Of a DNA stretch of 64,000 nucleotides, positions 1 to 9,765 are shown piece by piece. Each line of letters starts with the position of its first letter. The first letter of the stretch is position 1. The stretch is from Patescibacteria group bacterium. GTDB lineage: Bacteria > Patescibacteriota > Minisyncoccia > UBA6257 > 2-01-FULL-56-20. Where the stretch lies: positions 80,046 to 144,045 of the forward strand of contig JAGXBC010000002.1 in NCBI GenBank assembly GCA_018971305.1. The letters run 5' to 3'. A program made the position numbers and the translations under genes. The notes under the pieces are model-generated. The model saw only the letters and a list, made by a program, of their open reading frames with translations. It did no database searches and was not told where the DNA came from.

Positions 1-2
1 AA

Positions 3-668
3 AAAGACGCGCCAGAGCTCTACAATGCCGTTGAGAATCTTTGTATCGCTTCCGGTTTGCCGATGCCGAAAGTTTATATTACACCCGAAGAGCAGATAAA
101 CGCTTTCGCTACTGGCCGCGACCCGAAACATGCGGCTATAGCTGTTACTGCCGGAGCTTTACAGCGTTTGAACAAAACCGAGCTTGAGGGAGTATTGGCG
201 CATGAACTTTCCCATGTCGGCAACCGCGACATTCTGGTTTCTACGGTCGCGGGAATTCTCGCCGGAATTATTTCGCTTGTAGCGGATATTTTTTTACGTT
301 CGCTTTTCTTCGGGGGGTTCGGCGGCAGGAATAACAGAGACGAAGGTGGTGGATTGTTCTTGATTCTTGGCATTGCGCTTTCAATCCTCGCTCCGATCGG
401 GTCTATGCTTATCCAGCTCGCCATCTCCCGCAGACGTGAGGCCTTAGCCGACGCTTCCGGAGTTTTACTCACCCGCTACCCGCAGGGATTAATTTCGGCA
501 CTGGAGAAAATCGCCGTTGATAACGTTCCTATGGCTTCGGCAAAGGATTCTACGGCGCATATGTGGATAGATACGCCGTTCAAGGGCCAGGGTGTTTCCT
601 GGTGGCACAAAATTTGGATGACCCATCCGCCGATACAAGATAGGATTGCGGCGCTTAAAAAACTGTAA
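3..668 (+). CDS. htpX: HtpX-family M48 zinc metalloprotease (5' partial)
   Basis: NAFATG, LAHELSH zinc motif, RREALAD, THPP; frame is open to the window edge. Confidence 0.93.
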   Translation, partial: KDAPELYNAVENLCIASGLPMPKVYITPEEQINAFATGRDPKHAAIAVTAGALQRLNKTELEGVLAHELSHVGNRDILVSTVAGILAGIISLVADIFLRSLFFGGFGGRNNRDEGGGLFLILGIALSILAPIGSMLIQLAISRRREALADASGVLLTRYPQGLISALEKIAVDNVPMASAKDSTAHMWIDTPFKGQGVSWWHKIWMTHPPIQDRIAALKKL

Positions 669-673
669 CCAAG

Positions 674-1366
674 ATGAAATACTCTTTCGGTAAAACGGTG
701 GTCATAGCTTTGGGCGGCTCCATTATGCATCCGGACGAGATTGATGTTGCCTACCTGAAGAGTTTTGAAAAATTCATACGAAAATTTATAAAGAAGGATT
801 TCAAATTCGTTGTTGTTGTCGGCGGCGGGAGATTGGCCCGCGTTTTTCAAAATGCGGCGCAGGAAGTATCAGCTTTGCCGGATGAAGATAAGGATTGGCT
901 GGGAATCCATTCTACCCGTCTCAACGCCCATCTACTCCGTACTATTTTCAGAAAAGTTGCCGACCCGGTTGTTATCGATGAACGCGGCAAGATTAAAAAA
1001 TTAAAGTATCCCGTGACCATCGCTTCCGGCTGGGTGCCGGGGTGGTCCACGGATTTCGTTGCCGCCGCCATCGCCAAAGATTTTAAGGTGCAGGAATTCA
1101 TCGTGGCCGGGAAGCCGGCGTTCGTTTATGAAGCTGATCCGGCTTTGGATAAGAACACCAAGCCATATCAAAGGATCGGCTGGCCGGCATACAGGAAGTT
1201 AATTCCCAAAAAATGGATTCCCGGCTCGCACGCGCCGGTTGATCCGGTAGCTGCGCGGCTTTCCGAGAAGGCTAAATTGCAGTCTATAATCATCAACGGC
1301 AGAGACCTTAGGAATTTTGAGAAGCTCTTGAATGGAAAAGATTTTCGGGGCACAATTATTGGATAA
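674..1366 (+). CDS. pyrH: UMP kinase, archaeal-like type
   Basis: VIALGGS, VVVVGGGRLAR, DWLGI, PGWSTD, VY..DP and C-terminal GTII amino-acid-kinase motifs. Confidence 0.88.
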   Translation: MKYSFGKTVVIALGGSIMHPDEIDVAYLKSFEKFIRKFIKKDFKFVVVVGGGRLARVFQNAAQEVSALPDEDKDWLGIHSTRLNAHLLRTIFRKVADPVVIDERGKIKKLKYPVTIASGWVPGWSTDFVAAAIAKDFKVQEFIVAGKPAFVYEADPALDKNTKPYQRIGWPAYRKLIPKKWIPGSHAPVDPVAARLSEKAKLQSIIINGRDLRNFEKLLNGKDFRGTIIG

Positions 1367-1370
1367 ATAC

Positions 1371-1724
1371 ATGGGGAAAGAGATATTAGAATTAGAATTA
1401 GAGTCGTTAAAATCTGCGGAGTCGGAACAATCCTCGGGCGAATTTAATGATTTTAAAGTAGAAAAGGAAGGGGATTATTCTGTGATAAGCTGGACCTTGC
1501 ATGACGCAGAATTAAAAGGCGACATTTCTTTTATTCTTCGGGTTAACAATAAAACCGGAGAATTGGCTGAGAGGCGGTGGACAAAAGTAGTTGATGGCCA
1601 AGAAACGCTTCTTCGGCAAGAAAATTTTGAGGCGGAAGAATCGTTGTCACCATCTCGGAGCACGGCTTATAGGCTGAAAAAGTTAGAAGAAGAGGCTTTG
1701 AATTCTTTAAAAAATCAGGTATAA
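1371..1724 (+). CDS. hypothetical acidic protein
   Basis: ORF from the ATG just after the pyrH stop; no recognisable motif. Confidence 0.55.
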   Translation: MGKEILELELESLKSAESEQSSGEFNDFKVEKEGDYSVISWTLHDAELKGDISFILRVNNKTGELAERRWTKVVDGQETLLRQENFEAEESLSPSRSTAYRLKKLEEEALNSLKNQV

Positions 1725-1745
1725 GTATTTAGTTTAGATAATATT

Positions 1746-1830
1746 GGAAGGGTCGCATAGTGGCCTAGTGCGCACGCTTGGAAAGCGTGTATACCGCAAG
1801 GTATCGAGGGTTCGAATCCCTCCCCTTCCG
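1746..1830 (+). tRNA. tRNA-Ser(GGA)
   Basis: GGAAGGG/CCCTTCC acceptor, CACGC-TTGGAAA-GCGTG anticodon arm, long variable arm, GTTCGAATC T-loop. Confidence 0.96.
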
Positions 1831-1908
1831 CAATACTACGACAACTCTCCTGAAATAAATCAGGTCATTTGACTGTATTATTTTTGTAGCTACGAGTATG
1901 ATTTTAAT

Positions 1909-2463
1909 ATGCCAGAAAAGACAGATGAAGACATCGCGACTGATGTCCAGCGCGGAGATGCGCAGGCTTTTGGGACGCTGGTAGAGCGTTATGAAGACAA
2001 GTTGATACGATACGCGAGGAGGTTTCTTCGCAGTAGCGATGACGCCGAGGATTTGGTGCAGGAAACATTCATTAAGGCTTATTCTAATATAAAAGGTTTT
2101 GATACTAAGCGTAGATTTTCCCCCTGGATATATCGCATTGCTCATAACGAATTCGTGAATTCCATGAGGAAGAGGAGCGGTAAGGAAAATATTTCCATTT
2201 TTGATTTCGATCTCCTTTTCCCCCATCCGGTTGCCAAGGAAACCGCGGATGACAAAGTGAATAAAGAAGAGTTAAAGAGGATGTTGGGGGGGTATTTGGA
2301 ACAGTTGGATCCCAAATACAGAGAGCCCATCGTCCTTTATTATTTTGAAGATATGGATTACGGAGAAATAGCGGACATTTTACAGATTCCTTCTTCCACT
2401 GTCGGCGTGCGTCTGCGCCGCGGCAAGGCGATGCTCAGAAAGTTGATGGATAAGTTAAATTGA
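1909..2463 (+). CDS. ECF RNA polymerase sigma factor
   Basis: DAEDLVQETF, FSPWIYRIAHN (region 2); YGEIADIL..STVGVRLRRG (region 4). Confidence 0.93.
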   Translation: MPEKTDEDIATDVQRGDAQAFGTLVERYEDKLIRYARRFLRSSDDAEDLVQETFIKAYSNIKGFDTKRRFSPWIYRIAHNEFVNSMRKRSGKENISIFDFDLLFPHPVAKETADDKVNKEELKRMLGGYLEQLDPKYREPIVLYYFEDMDYGEIADILQIPSSTVGVRLRRGKAMLRKLMDKLN

Positions 2464-2465
2464 AT

Positions 2466-3182
2466 ATGGAAAAAGAAAACAATAAACAATCTATTAAGGA
2501 CAGCGTTTTGAACGCAATAAAAAGCGGCAGAGCTAAGATGCTTCCGCGCTGGCATTTTGTTCTTAAGGGCGTACTGCTCGCGATTGGAGTTCTTTTGCTG
2601 GCCTTTCTTTTGCTCTATCTCGTGAGTTTTATCGTTTTTTCTATGCATCAGACGGGAGTTTGGTTTGTCCCGGTTTTTGGCTTGCCCGGTTGGTTCTCTT
2701 TCCTGCGACACATACCATGGATTCTTATCGGACTTTCTCTCTTATTCATTATTGTTCTGGAAATATTGGTCAGACGATATTCTTTCACATATCGTAAGCC
2801 CCTCTTATATTCGGTATTCGCTATAGTTCTAATCGCCGGTATCGTGGGAATTTTTGCTGCGCCGCTTCATAGGGGATTTTTCCTATCAATGCGTTTCGGC
2901 GGCAAAAGGCCTCCGCGGCCATCGATTCCTTTCTTGGACAATTTCTACCGCAGTTTCGGATTCCAGAGACTGGATGATGTTCACCGCGGGACGATAACGG
3001 AAATGATACCGGCAGGTTTTGTTATGGAAAATTTTGGTGGCGAAACTTCCACGATTATTATTTCTTCCGGTACGAGGCTTTTACCAATCAACGATTTTGA
3101 AGTCGGAGATACGGTTACGGTCTTTGGAGAAGAGAATGGTAATAGCGTGCAAGCGGTGGGCATAAGGGAAATAAGCGATTGA
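2466..3182 (+). CDS. membrane protein, probable anti-sigma or partner of the ECF sigma
   Basis: three hydrophobic segments plus a beta-rich C-terminus; directly downstream of the sigma gene. Confidence 0.55.
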   Translation: MEKENNKQSIKDSVLNAIKSGRAKMLPRWHFVLKGVLLAIGVLLLAFLLLYLVSFIVFSMHQTGVWFVPVFGLPGWFSFLRHIPWILIGLSLLFIIVLEILVRRYSFTYRKPLLYSVFAIVLIAGIVGIFAAPLHRGFFLSMRFGGKRPPRPSIPFLDNFYRSFGFQRLDDVHRGTITEMIPAGFVMENFGGETSTIIISSGTRLLPINDFEVGDTVTVFGEENGNSVQAVGIREISD

Positions 3183-3286
3183 GATGTCCCTGGATACGGT
3201 AAGAATATTCCTGGTGGCAGCGAAATAAAAATATCTGGAATTTGTATATACATATACGGTGGATTTGCCCCCTGAAGCCCTTAACG

Positions 3287-5014
3287 ATGCTTAAAAATAT
3301 CTTCAAAAAAATTATAAAAAGAAAAATATTGTCCGCGATTGTGTTGGTTGGTGTTTGTGTCGGTGTCTATTTTTCTTATAACGCAATAAAAGGAGGTAGT
3401 GGCGGTGTCTTACCTCAATATGTTACCGCTAATGCTCAGGTCGGAACACTGGTGGTTTCCGTATCCGGCAGCGGCCAGATGGCGGCCTCCAGCCAGGTGG
3501 ATATAAAACCCAAAGTTTCGGGAGATGTGACATGGGTAGGAGTAGCGGCTGGAAACACTGTCCATTCCGGTCAAGCCCTTGTAAGAATAGATGACACTAC
3601 TGCCCTGCAGGCGGTGACCAACGCCGAACAATCTCTCGCTACATCCCGGCTTCAATATCAACAAGCAATAGCTCAGGCCCCCATAGATTATCAAAATGCG
3701 ATTAATGCTTTGGCTTCGGCGAAAACCTCTCTTAGTAATCAATACAATACTACTTTTAATATCCTTTCCAGTACGTATCTGGATTTGCCTGGTATAAATA
3801 CGGGAATGTATAACATTCTTTATGGAACCGATCTCGACCAGAAAAATGGTAAATGGAACGTCGATTCGCTTATTGATCTTTTCCAAAACCAAGACAATTC
3901 AACAATAATTTCGCTCGCCAATATCGCTAAGAGCGATTACGCCGTGGCCAATAATAAATATAATTCCAGCGTCACGTCTTATAAACAAATAACCAGGTCT
4001 TCGAGCGGTAGCGATTTAGAGAGTCTTCTCGGACAGAGCATAGATACTGCGGCTTCGGTTGCGCAGACCTTGCAAGATGAACTGAATTTATTGGGAGGAG
4101 TAACCGATCTTGCGAAGCAGTACGGTCGGACTTTACCAAATGCCATAAATACCCTACAGACAAACGCCCGCAATTATCTTACTAGTATGAACAGCGATTT
4201 GAGTTCGCTTTTATCACAGCAGCAATCTATTAATTCCGACGAGCAGGCTATTACAACGGATCAGCAAAATATTACCCTGCTTCAGGTTGGAAATCCGACC
4301 AATGATAATCCTATCAGTTTACAGATCTCTAAAAATAACTTGGCGGCACAGGAGCAGAGCCTCGCTGATCTTAAAACGGCGCTAAGCGATTACACAATAA
4401 CCGCGCCTTTCGACGGAACGATTTCCGCGGTAAACGTTAATGTGGGCGATACTCTGAGCGGCGCCGTGGCTACAATCGTTTCTACCAAGCAGCTGGCGCA
4501 GGCGACATTCAACGAGGTTGATATCGTCAATGTGAAAATAGGGCAAAAAGCCAGCGTGACCTTTGATGCGCTTCCAAATCTCACGCTTACCGGTAAGGTC
4601 GCAGAAGTTGATCCTGTGGGAACCGTAAGCCAAGGGGTGGTGAGCTATAAAGTTCAAGTTGCACTCGACGATAATAATCAATCTGTGAAGCCGGGAATGA
4701 GCGATACGGTGGAGATAATCACTAATGCCAAGCAGAACGCGCTCCTAATCCCTAATTCCGCGATAACAACAAGACAGGGAATATCTTATGTTCAGATCAT
4801 AGGAGCAGACGGAGTTCCTATAGAAACGCAGGTTACTACTGGTTTGTTTAATGACACCGAAACAGAAATATTGTCCGGTCTTAAAGAAAGCGATAAGGTG
4901 GTGACGCAGACCGTTGCCGCAAAAACAACTACGCAGAGTACTGTTGGCGCTACCGGCGGGAATGCCAGATTCGGCGGAGGGGGCGGCGGGGGATTGCGGG
5001 TTCTAGGATTATAG
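3287..5014 (+). CDS. efflux periplasmic adaptor (MacA/HlyD-like) with long coiled-coil
   Basis: N-terminal TM, VDIKPKVSG, ITAPFDGTI, VKPGMS, ILSGLKESDKVV. Confidence 0.9.
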   Translation: MLKNIFKKIIKRKILSAIVLVGVCVGVYFSYNAIKGGSGGVLPQYVTANAQVGTLVVSVSGSGQMAASSQVDIKPKVSGDVTWVGVAAGNTVHSGQALVRIDDTTALQAVTNAEQSLATSRLQYQQAIAQAPIDYQNAINALASAKTSLSNQYNTTFNILSSTYLDLPGINTGMYNILYGTDLDQKNGKWNVDSLIDLFQNQDNSTIISLANIAKSDYAVANNKYNSSVTSYKQITRSSSGSDLESLLGQSIDTAASVAQTLQDELNLLGGVTDLAKQYGRTLPNAINTLQTNARNYLTSMNSDLSSLLSQQQSINSDEQAITTDQQNITLLQVGNPTNDNPISLQISKNNLAAQEQSLADLKTALSDYTITAPFDGTISAVNVNVGDTLSGAVATIVSTKQLAQATFNEVDIVNVKIGQKASVTFDALPNLTLTGKVAEVDPVGTVSQGVVSYKVQVALDDNNQSVKPGMSDTVEIITNAKQNALLIPNSAITTRQGISYVQIIGADGVPIETQVTTGLFNDTETEILSGLKESDKVVTQTVAAKTTTQSTVGATGGNARFGGGGGGGLRVLGL

Positions 5015-5110
5015 ATCTCTGCGATCAAAAAAATAAATATAAAATATTGGCAGCCGCGAAAATGATTGGTGTAAATCAACTCTTAATTCGTTTTGCCTTC
5101 ACGGAGTAAT

Positions 5111-5824
5111 ATGATTGAAGTAAAAAATATCACGAAAATTTATAAGACTGGCGACTTTGAAACAGTCGCCTTAAAGAACGTGTCGTTTAGCGTCCGTGAC
5201 GGAGAATTCGTGGCGATTATGGGTCCGTCCGGTTCAGGCAAGTCAACGCTTATGCATTTACTCGGGGCGCTCGACACGCCTACGAGCGGAGAATATCTTC
5301 TTGACGGGAAAAATGTGGCCAAACTTTCCGAAGACGAACTTGCCGACATCCGCAACGAAAAGATTGGTTTTGTTTTCCAGCAGTTCAATCTTTTGCCGCG
5401 GGCCACTGTTTTCAGAAACGTAATGCTTCCGCTCGTGTACGCTGGAGTTGAAAGAGACAAAAGAGAAGAGCGTGCGAAAAAGGCTCTGGTTTCGGCCGCT
5501 CTGCCGGAAGATTGGTGGCAGCACCATTCCAATGAGCTCTCTGGAGGACAAATCCAAAGAGTTGCTATCGCTCGGGCGCTGGTTAATAATCCGACTTTAA
5601 TCCTGGCAGACGAGCCGACGGGAAATCTGGATTCCAAGACAGGAGAAATAGTTCTTGCTACTTTTCAGAGATTACATCAAGAAGGACGGACGATAGTGCT
5701 TATTACGCACGAGCTTTACGTTGCGGAACATGCTGAACGGATAATGCATATCCGCGACGGCGAAATAAAAGAAGACGGTAAAAATCATAGTCGCCGTATC
5801 GTCCATCATCCCGCAGCGGAATAA
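5111..5824 (+). CDS. ABC ATP-binding protein (MacB/LolD-like)
   Basis: [24 protein letters not shown]. Confidence 0.95.
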   Translation: MIEVKNITKIYKTGDFETVALKNVSFSVRDGEFVAIMGPSGSGKSTLMHLLGALDTPTSGEYLLDGKNVAKLSEDELADIRNEKIGFVFQQFNLLPRATVFRNVMLPLVYAGVERDKREERAKKALVSAALPEDWWQHHSNELSGGQIQRVAIARALVNNPTLILADEPTGNLDSKTGEIVLATFQRLHQEGRTIVLITHELYVAEHAERIMHIRDGEIKEDGKNHSRRIVHHPAAE

Positions 5825-5829
5825 TATCC

Positions 5830-7056
5830 ATGATAATCTCCGAACTTTTAGAAGAAGCGTTTTCAGCCGTAACTGTAAATAAAGTGCGGTCTGGCCTTAC
5901 GGTTCTTGGAATCATCATCGGTATCGGTTCGGTTATCGCCATGATTTCCATCGGCCAGGGAGCACAGGGTTCCATTAACGCGAGCATCCAGTCAATTGGC
6001 TCTAATCTTTTAGTTGTCTCGCCGAGTTTCCAGAGAACACCGGGTTCGGTTGTTTCTTCCGGCCGTGGAGCTGCGGAGACACTAACTCAGGCCGACTCCG
6101 ATGCAATTGCTTCGCAGGTAACCCAGATTGCCGCCATCGCTCCGCAGATCAATGGCCGTTATCAGATAAAATCCAGGACTGCCAATACCAATACCCAGGT
6201 CGTGGGGACGGTTTCAAGCTATCCGCAGGTTAGGAATGTAGATATGAGCTTAGGTTCTTTCATTTCTGACCAAGATGTGGCGAGCGTGGCGAAAGTCGCG
6301 GTTTTGGGTCCGACCACAACCGGCGATCTTTTTAATTCTACAAGCACGGATCCCGTCGGTGAAACAATCCGTATCAATAACATCAACTTTAAAATAATCG
6401 GAGTTACTAAGGCGAAGGGAGGGAATGGTTTTTCCAATCAAGACGACATTATTTATATTCCGCTTTCTACTTCGCAGCGCTATCTCCAGGGCGGATCTTA
6501 TGTTGCTTCCATAAATATAGAAGCACAGGACGCCAGTTCCATGACCTCGGTTCAAGAGCAAGTTACCAATCTTCTTATGGAGCGCCATCGTATCAGCGAT
6601 CCCAATCAGGCCGATTTCAGCGTTATTAATCAAGCCGATATTGTTTCTGCGGCTTCTTCTGTTACCAATACATTCACCATATTACTCGCTTCCATCGCCG
6701 GTATTTCCCTTGTCGTCGGCGGCATCGGGATTATGAATATGATGCTGACGACGGTTACGGAACGTACCCGGGAAATCGGATTGCGTAAAGCAATTGGCGC
6801 AAAGAAAAAAGATATCAGTTCGCAGTTTCTCGCCGAATCTGTGATGCTCACTTTCGTCGGCGGCGTTATCGGCATCATTCTTGGTTGGGTAATCTCCCTC
6901 TTAGTCACCCATTTCAGCGGTATTGCCACTGCGATTTCCTGGTGGTCGGTATTTTTGGCCGTCGGAGTTTCCGCCGGTATCGGCATGATATTCGGATATT
7001 ATCCAGCCCGAAGGGCTGCGGGCTTGAATCCCATAGAAGCGCTGAGGTACGAGTAA
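5830..7056 (+). CDS. ABC permease (MacB/FtsX family)
   Basis: RSGLTVLGIIIG, GGIGIMN.M..VTERTREIG, PARRAA.LNPIEALRYE. Confidence 0.95.
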   Translation: MIISELLEEAFSAVTVNKVRSGLTVLGIIIGIGSVIAMISIGQGAQGSINASIQSIGSNLLVVSPSFQRTPGSVVSSGRGAAETLTQADSDAIASQVTQIAAIAPQINGRYQIKSRTANTNTQVVGTVSSYPQVRNVDMSLGSFISDQDVASVAKVAVLGPTTTGDLFNSTSTDPVGETIRINNINFKIIGVTKAKGGNGFSNQDDIIYIPLSTSQRYLQGGSYVASINIEAQDASSMTSVQEQVTNLLMERHRISDPNQADFSVINQADIVSAASSVTNTFTILLASIAGISLVVGGIGIMNMMLTTVTERTREIGLRKAIGAKKKDISSQFLAESVMLTFVGGVIGIILGWVISLLVTHFSGIATAISWWSVFLAVGVSAGIGMIFGYYPARRAAGLNPIEALRYE

Positions 7057-7128
7057 TGCTTCGCAATGAAATAATATGGCGGCAAAGGTCGTAATAAATA
7101 TAAATAAGCCAAGTTTTTTAATTAAATA

Positions 7129-7572
7129 ATGCACACAAAGAAACATTTAACTATAACTATCGTTGTCATCGTAGTTGCTGTAGTGGTTTCGTTCTACGGA
7201 GGGATGCTATACGGTAAATCTTCTAGCGCTTCTTCCAGATTTGGCGGTAATTTATCGGAGGCACAGCGGGCTCAGTTTCAGGGTGGTGCCGGAGGGCGTT
7301 CAGGGCAGTTCGGCCAAGGTGGCGGGATTTTAAGCGGGGACATTGTAGCTAAAGATAATCAAAGTATTACCCTTAAAACTCGTGACGGAAGTTCGCATAT
7401 AATTTTTTATTCCACTTCCACGAGAGTAATTAAGCCTTCGCCTGCTTCTATGGATGACGTGGTGAATGGTATTTCCGTTTTGATCACAGGAACGGCTAAC
7501 TCCGATGGAAGTTTGACGGCACAGTCGATTCAAGTGCGCGGATCTCAGCCGCAGGCACAACCTCAGGGATAA
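7129..7572 (+). CDS. membrane-anchored Gly-rich protein with small beta domain (DUF5666-like)
   Basis: N-terminal TM, Gly-rich linker, G...DGSLTAQSIQV ending. Confidence 0.6.
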   Translation: MHTKKHLTITIVVIVVAVVVSFYGGMLYGKSSSASSRFGGNLSEAQRAQFQGGAGGRSGQFGQGGGILSGDIVAKDNQSITLKTRDGSSHIIFYSTSTRVIKPSPASMDDVVNGISVLITGTANSDGSLTAQSIQVRGSQPQAQPQG

Positions 7573-7692
7573 TAAGATTAATGCATGAGTTGATCCGATC
7601 ACGAGGTGAGAGACGTGATAATCTTAAATTGATGCCGGGTTTTTGCCATGGGGTTGCCGTTGCGGGTAAGATATTCTATTGTTTTATGATAA

Positions 7693-8331
7693 ATGAAAGA
7701 AATATTTCATAGACACAGATCGCTCTGGGTTCAGAAATCCTTTTTAGTTGGCGTAATCATGGGGATTTTAATGCTCGTCGCCGGAATAAGCGCCACTTAT
7801 TACGCTAATTTTTATACAACGATACACGCCAGTAACTCGGTTACAGATATTATTTTGGATAATATTCCCACGATAAACGTTGATTTCGTGTTCTCGGAGG
7901 GGGCGTCTATATTCGTCGCTATTTTCATCGCCGTTATTCTCTATGAACCCAAGCGCATGCCGTTCGCTCTTAAGGCCGCCGCCATGTTTTTCGTTACGCG
8001 TTCTTTTTTTATGATACTGACGCATATAGCTCCGCCGACTCATGGGTCTTATGTGGATCCAACTGATCTTATCTATAAATTAAGTTCGGGAGACGACCTG
8101 TTCTTTTCCGCGCATACGGGGTTTCCTTTTCTACTCGCACTAACTTTTTGGGACGAAAGATATTTAAGGGCGCTGTTCCTTGTCGCCACGGCAATCGGCG
8201 GCGCAGCGGTGCTTTTGGGACATTTGCACTACTCAATAGATGTTTTTTCCGCCTTGTTTATAAGTTTCGGAGTATACTATGCCGCGAAAAACTTTTTCTC
8301 TTCCGATTACGCACTTCTTAAATCGCAATAA
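7693..8331 (+). CDS. PAP2-superfamily membrane protein (sphingomyelin-synthase/PAP2_C-like)
   Basis: DLFFSAHT and HYSIDV motifs; multiple TMs. Confidence 0.8.
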   Translation: MKEIFHRHRSLWVQKSFLVGVIMGILMLVAGISATYYANFYTTIHASNSVTDIILDNIPTINVDFVFSEGASIFVAIFIAVILYEPKRMPFALKAAAMFFVTRSFFMILTHIAPPTHGSYVDPTDLIYKLSSGDDLFFSAHTGFPFLLALTFWDERYLRALFLVATAIGGAAVLLGHLHYSIDVFSALFISFGVYYAAKNFFSSDYALLKSQ

Positions 8332-8464
8332 ACGATAAATTAGGAGAAAGAACTGCCCACTGGCGGAATTTCAATATTACGAAATATATTCTTCCGTACA
8401 ATACTAATAACTAAGGCCGGATGATTACTTGCCGATATGGCGAGTCCGTTCGGTTCCAAGTAAA

Positions 8465-9001
8465 ATGAAAAAATTTATTTTATCAATATCTCTTATCGGC
8501 GCATTCGCTTTTTATGTTTTAATGAGTTCGCCGCAGTTGGTGCTTGTTGTAGCGCAGACCCCTGTTTCTCCGCCGACAGAAGAAGGCAGTAATCAAAACC
8601 CGACACCCCCGATATCGGGAAATCCCACAGAGACCGATACGCAGAGCCAGCCCCCGGCTACAGCTCCAACTCCAGCACCTGTTCCGGTTGCCGCGGCGCC
8701 TAAGCCATCAAGCGGATTATATAAAGACGGTTCCTATACTGGTCCGCTTACTGACGCTTATTATGGCTACGTTCAGGTTCAGGCCGTAATTCAGGGAGGA
8801 AAGTTGGCAGATGTAAGTTTCTTGCGTTATCCGAACGACAGGGGAACATCTATCTATATAAATTCGCAGGCCATGCCTTATTTGAAAATGGAAGCAATCC
8901 AGGCTCAAAGCGCCAAAGTCGATATAATCTCCGGTGCCACGGCGACAAGCGAGGCGTTTATCAAGTCGCTTGGCTCGGCGCTTGCTTCGGCAAAAAGCTA
9001 A
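8465..9001 (+). CDS. extracytoplasmic FMN-binding (flavinylated) protein
   Basis: TM, Pro-rich linker, YKDGSYTG, VDIISGATATS containing the [S/T]GA[S/T] flavinylation motif. Confidence 0.9.
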   Translation: MKKFILSISLIGAFAFYVLMSSPQLVLVVAQTPVSPPTEEGSNQNPTPPISGNPTETDTQSQPPATAPTPAPVPVAAAPKPSSGLYKDGSYTGPLTDAYYGYVQVQAVIQGGKLADVSFLRYPNDRGTSIYINSQAMPYLKMEAIQAQSAKVDIISGATATSEAFIKSLGSALASAKS

Positions 9002-9003
9002 TC

Positions 9004-9765
9004 ATGAAACATAATAGATTCATCATGGGTATGCCCATAGAGGTTGAGATAGTCGGCGGAACTGGAACCGAAAGCGCCGCCGAGGTGGTTTTTTCTTATT
9101 TTCGCTACGTGGATGAGAAATTCAGCACTTACAAAAATACGAGTGAAATCAGTTTTATCAATAAGGGATTTTTAGGCACCGAAGATTTAAGTGAAGACAT
9201 GAAAGAAATTTTATCGCTGGCTGCTAAAACCAAGCAGGAGACCGAAGGCTATTTTGACATTTTAACTCCTGCCGGAAATTATGATCCTTCGGGAATAGTT
9301 AAGGGTTGGGCCGTCTACAATGCGTCAAAAATGCTGTGGAGGCTCGGCCTTGAAAATTTTTACATCAATGCCGGCGGCGATATTGAAGCGCATGGGAAAA
9401 ATAGCGAGGGCAGGAGTTGGAGTGTTGGTATTAGAAACCCTTTTGCCAAAGAACAGATTGTGAAGGTAATTTATATGGAGAACCTGGGAGTTGCCACGTC
9501 CGGTAACTATGAACGGGGCGAGCACATTTATAATCCGAAAGATGTAGATGATGCCTGGAAAGAAATTAAAAGTTTGACGGTTATCGGGCCGAACGTTTAT
9601 GAAGCCGATCGTTTTGTCACCGCTGCTTTTGCCATGGGGCGAAAGGGAATAGATTTTATAGAAAGCATTCCCAGATTAGAGGGATATATGATAGACAACA
9701 CCGGCCTCGCCAGAATGACGAGCGGTTTCGAGAAACATACCGAAGATTATGCTCAAGTCGATTGA
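9004..9765 (+). CDS. apbE: FAD:protein FMN transferase (ApbE family)
   Basis: DPSGIVKGWA, INAGGD, VATSGNYERGEHI, ADRFVTA. Confidence 0.92.
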   Translation: MKHNRFIMGMPIEVEIVGGTGTESAAEVVFSYFRYVDEKFSTYKNTSEISFINKGFLGTEDLSEDMKEILSLAAKTKQETEGYFDILTPAGNYDPSGIVKGWAVYNASKMLWRLGLENFYINAGGDIEAHGKNSEGRSWSVGIRNPFAKEQIVKVIYMENLGVATSGNYERGEHIYNPKDVDDAWKEIKSLTVIGPNVYEADRFVTAAFAMGRKGIDFIESIPRLEGYMIDNTGLARMTSGFEKHTEDYAQVD

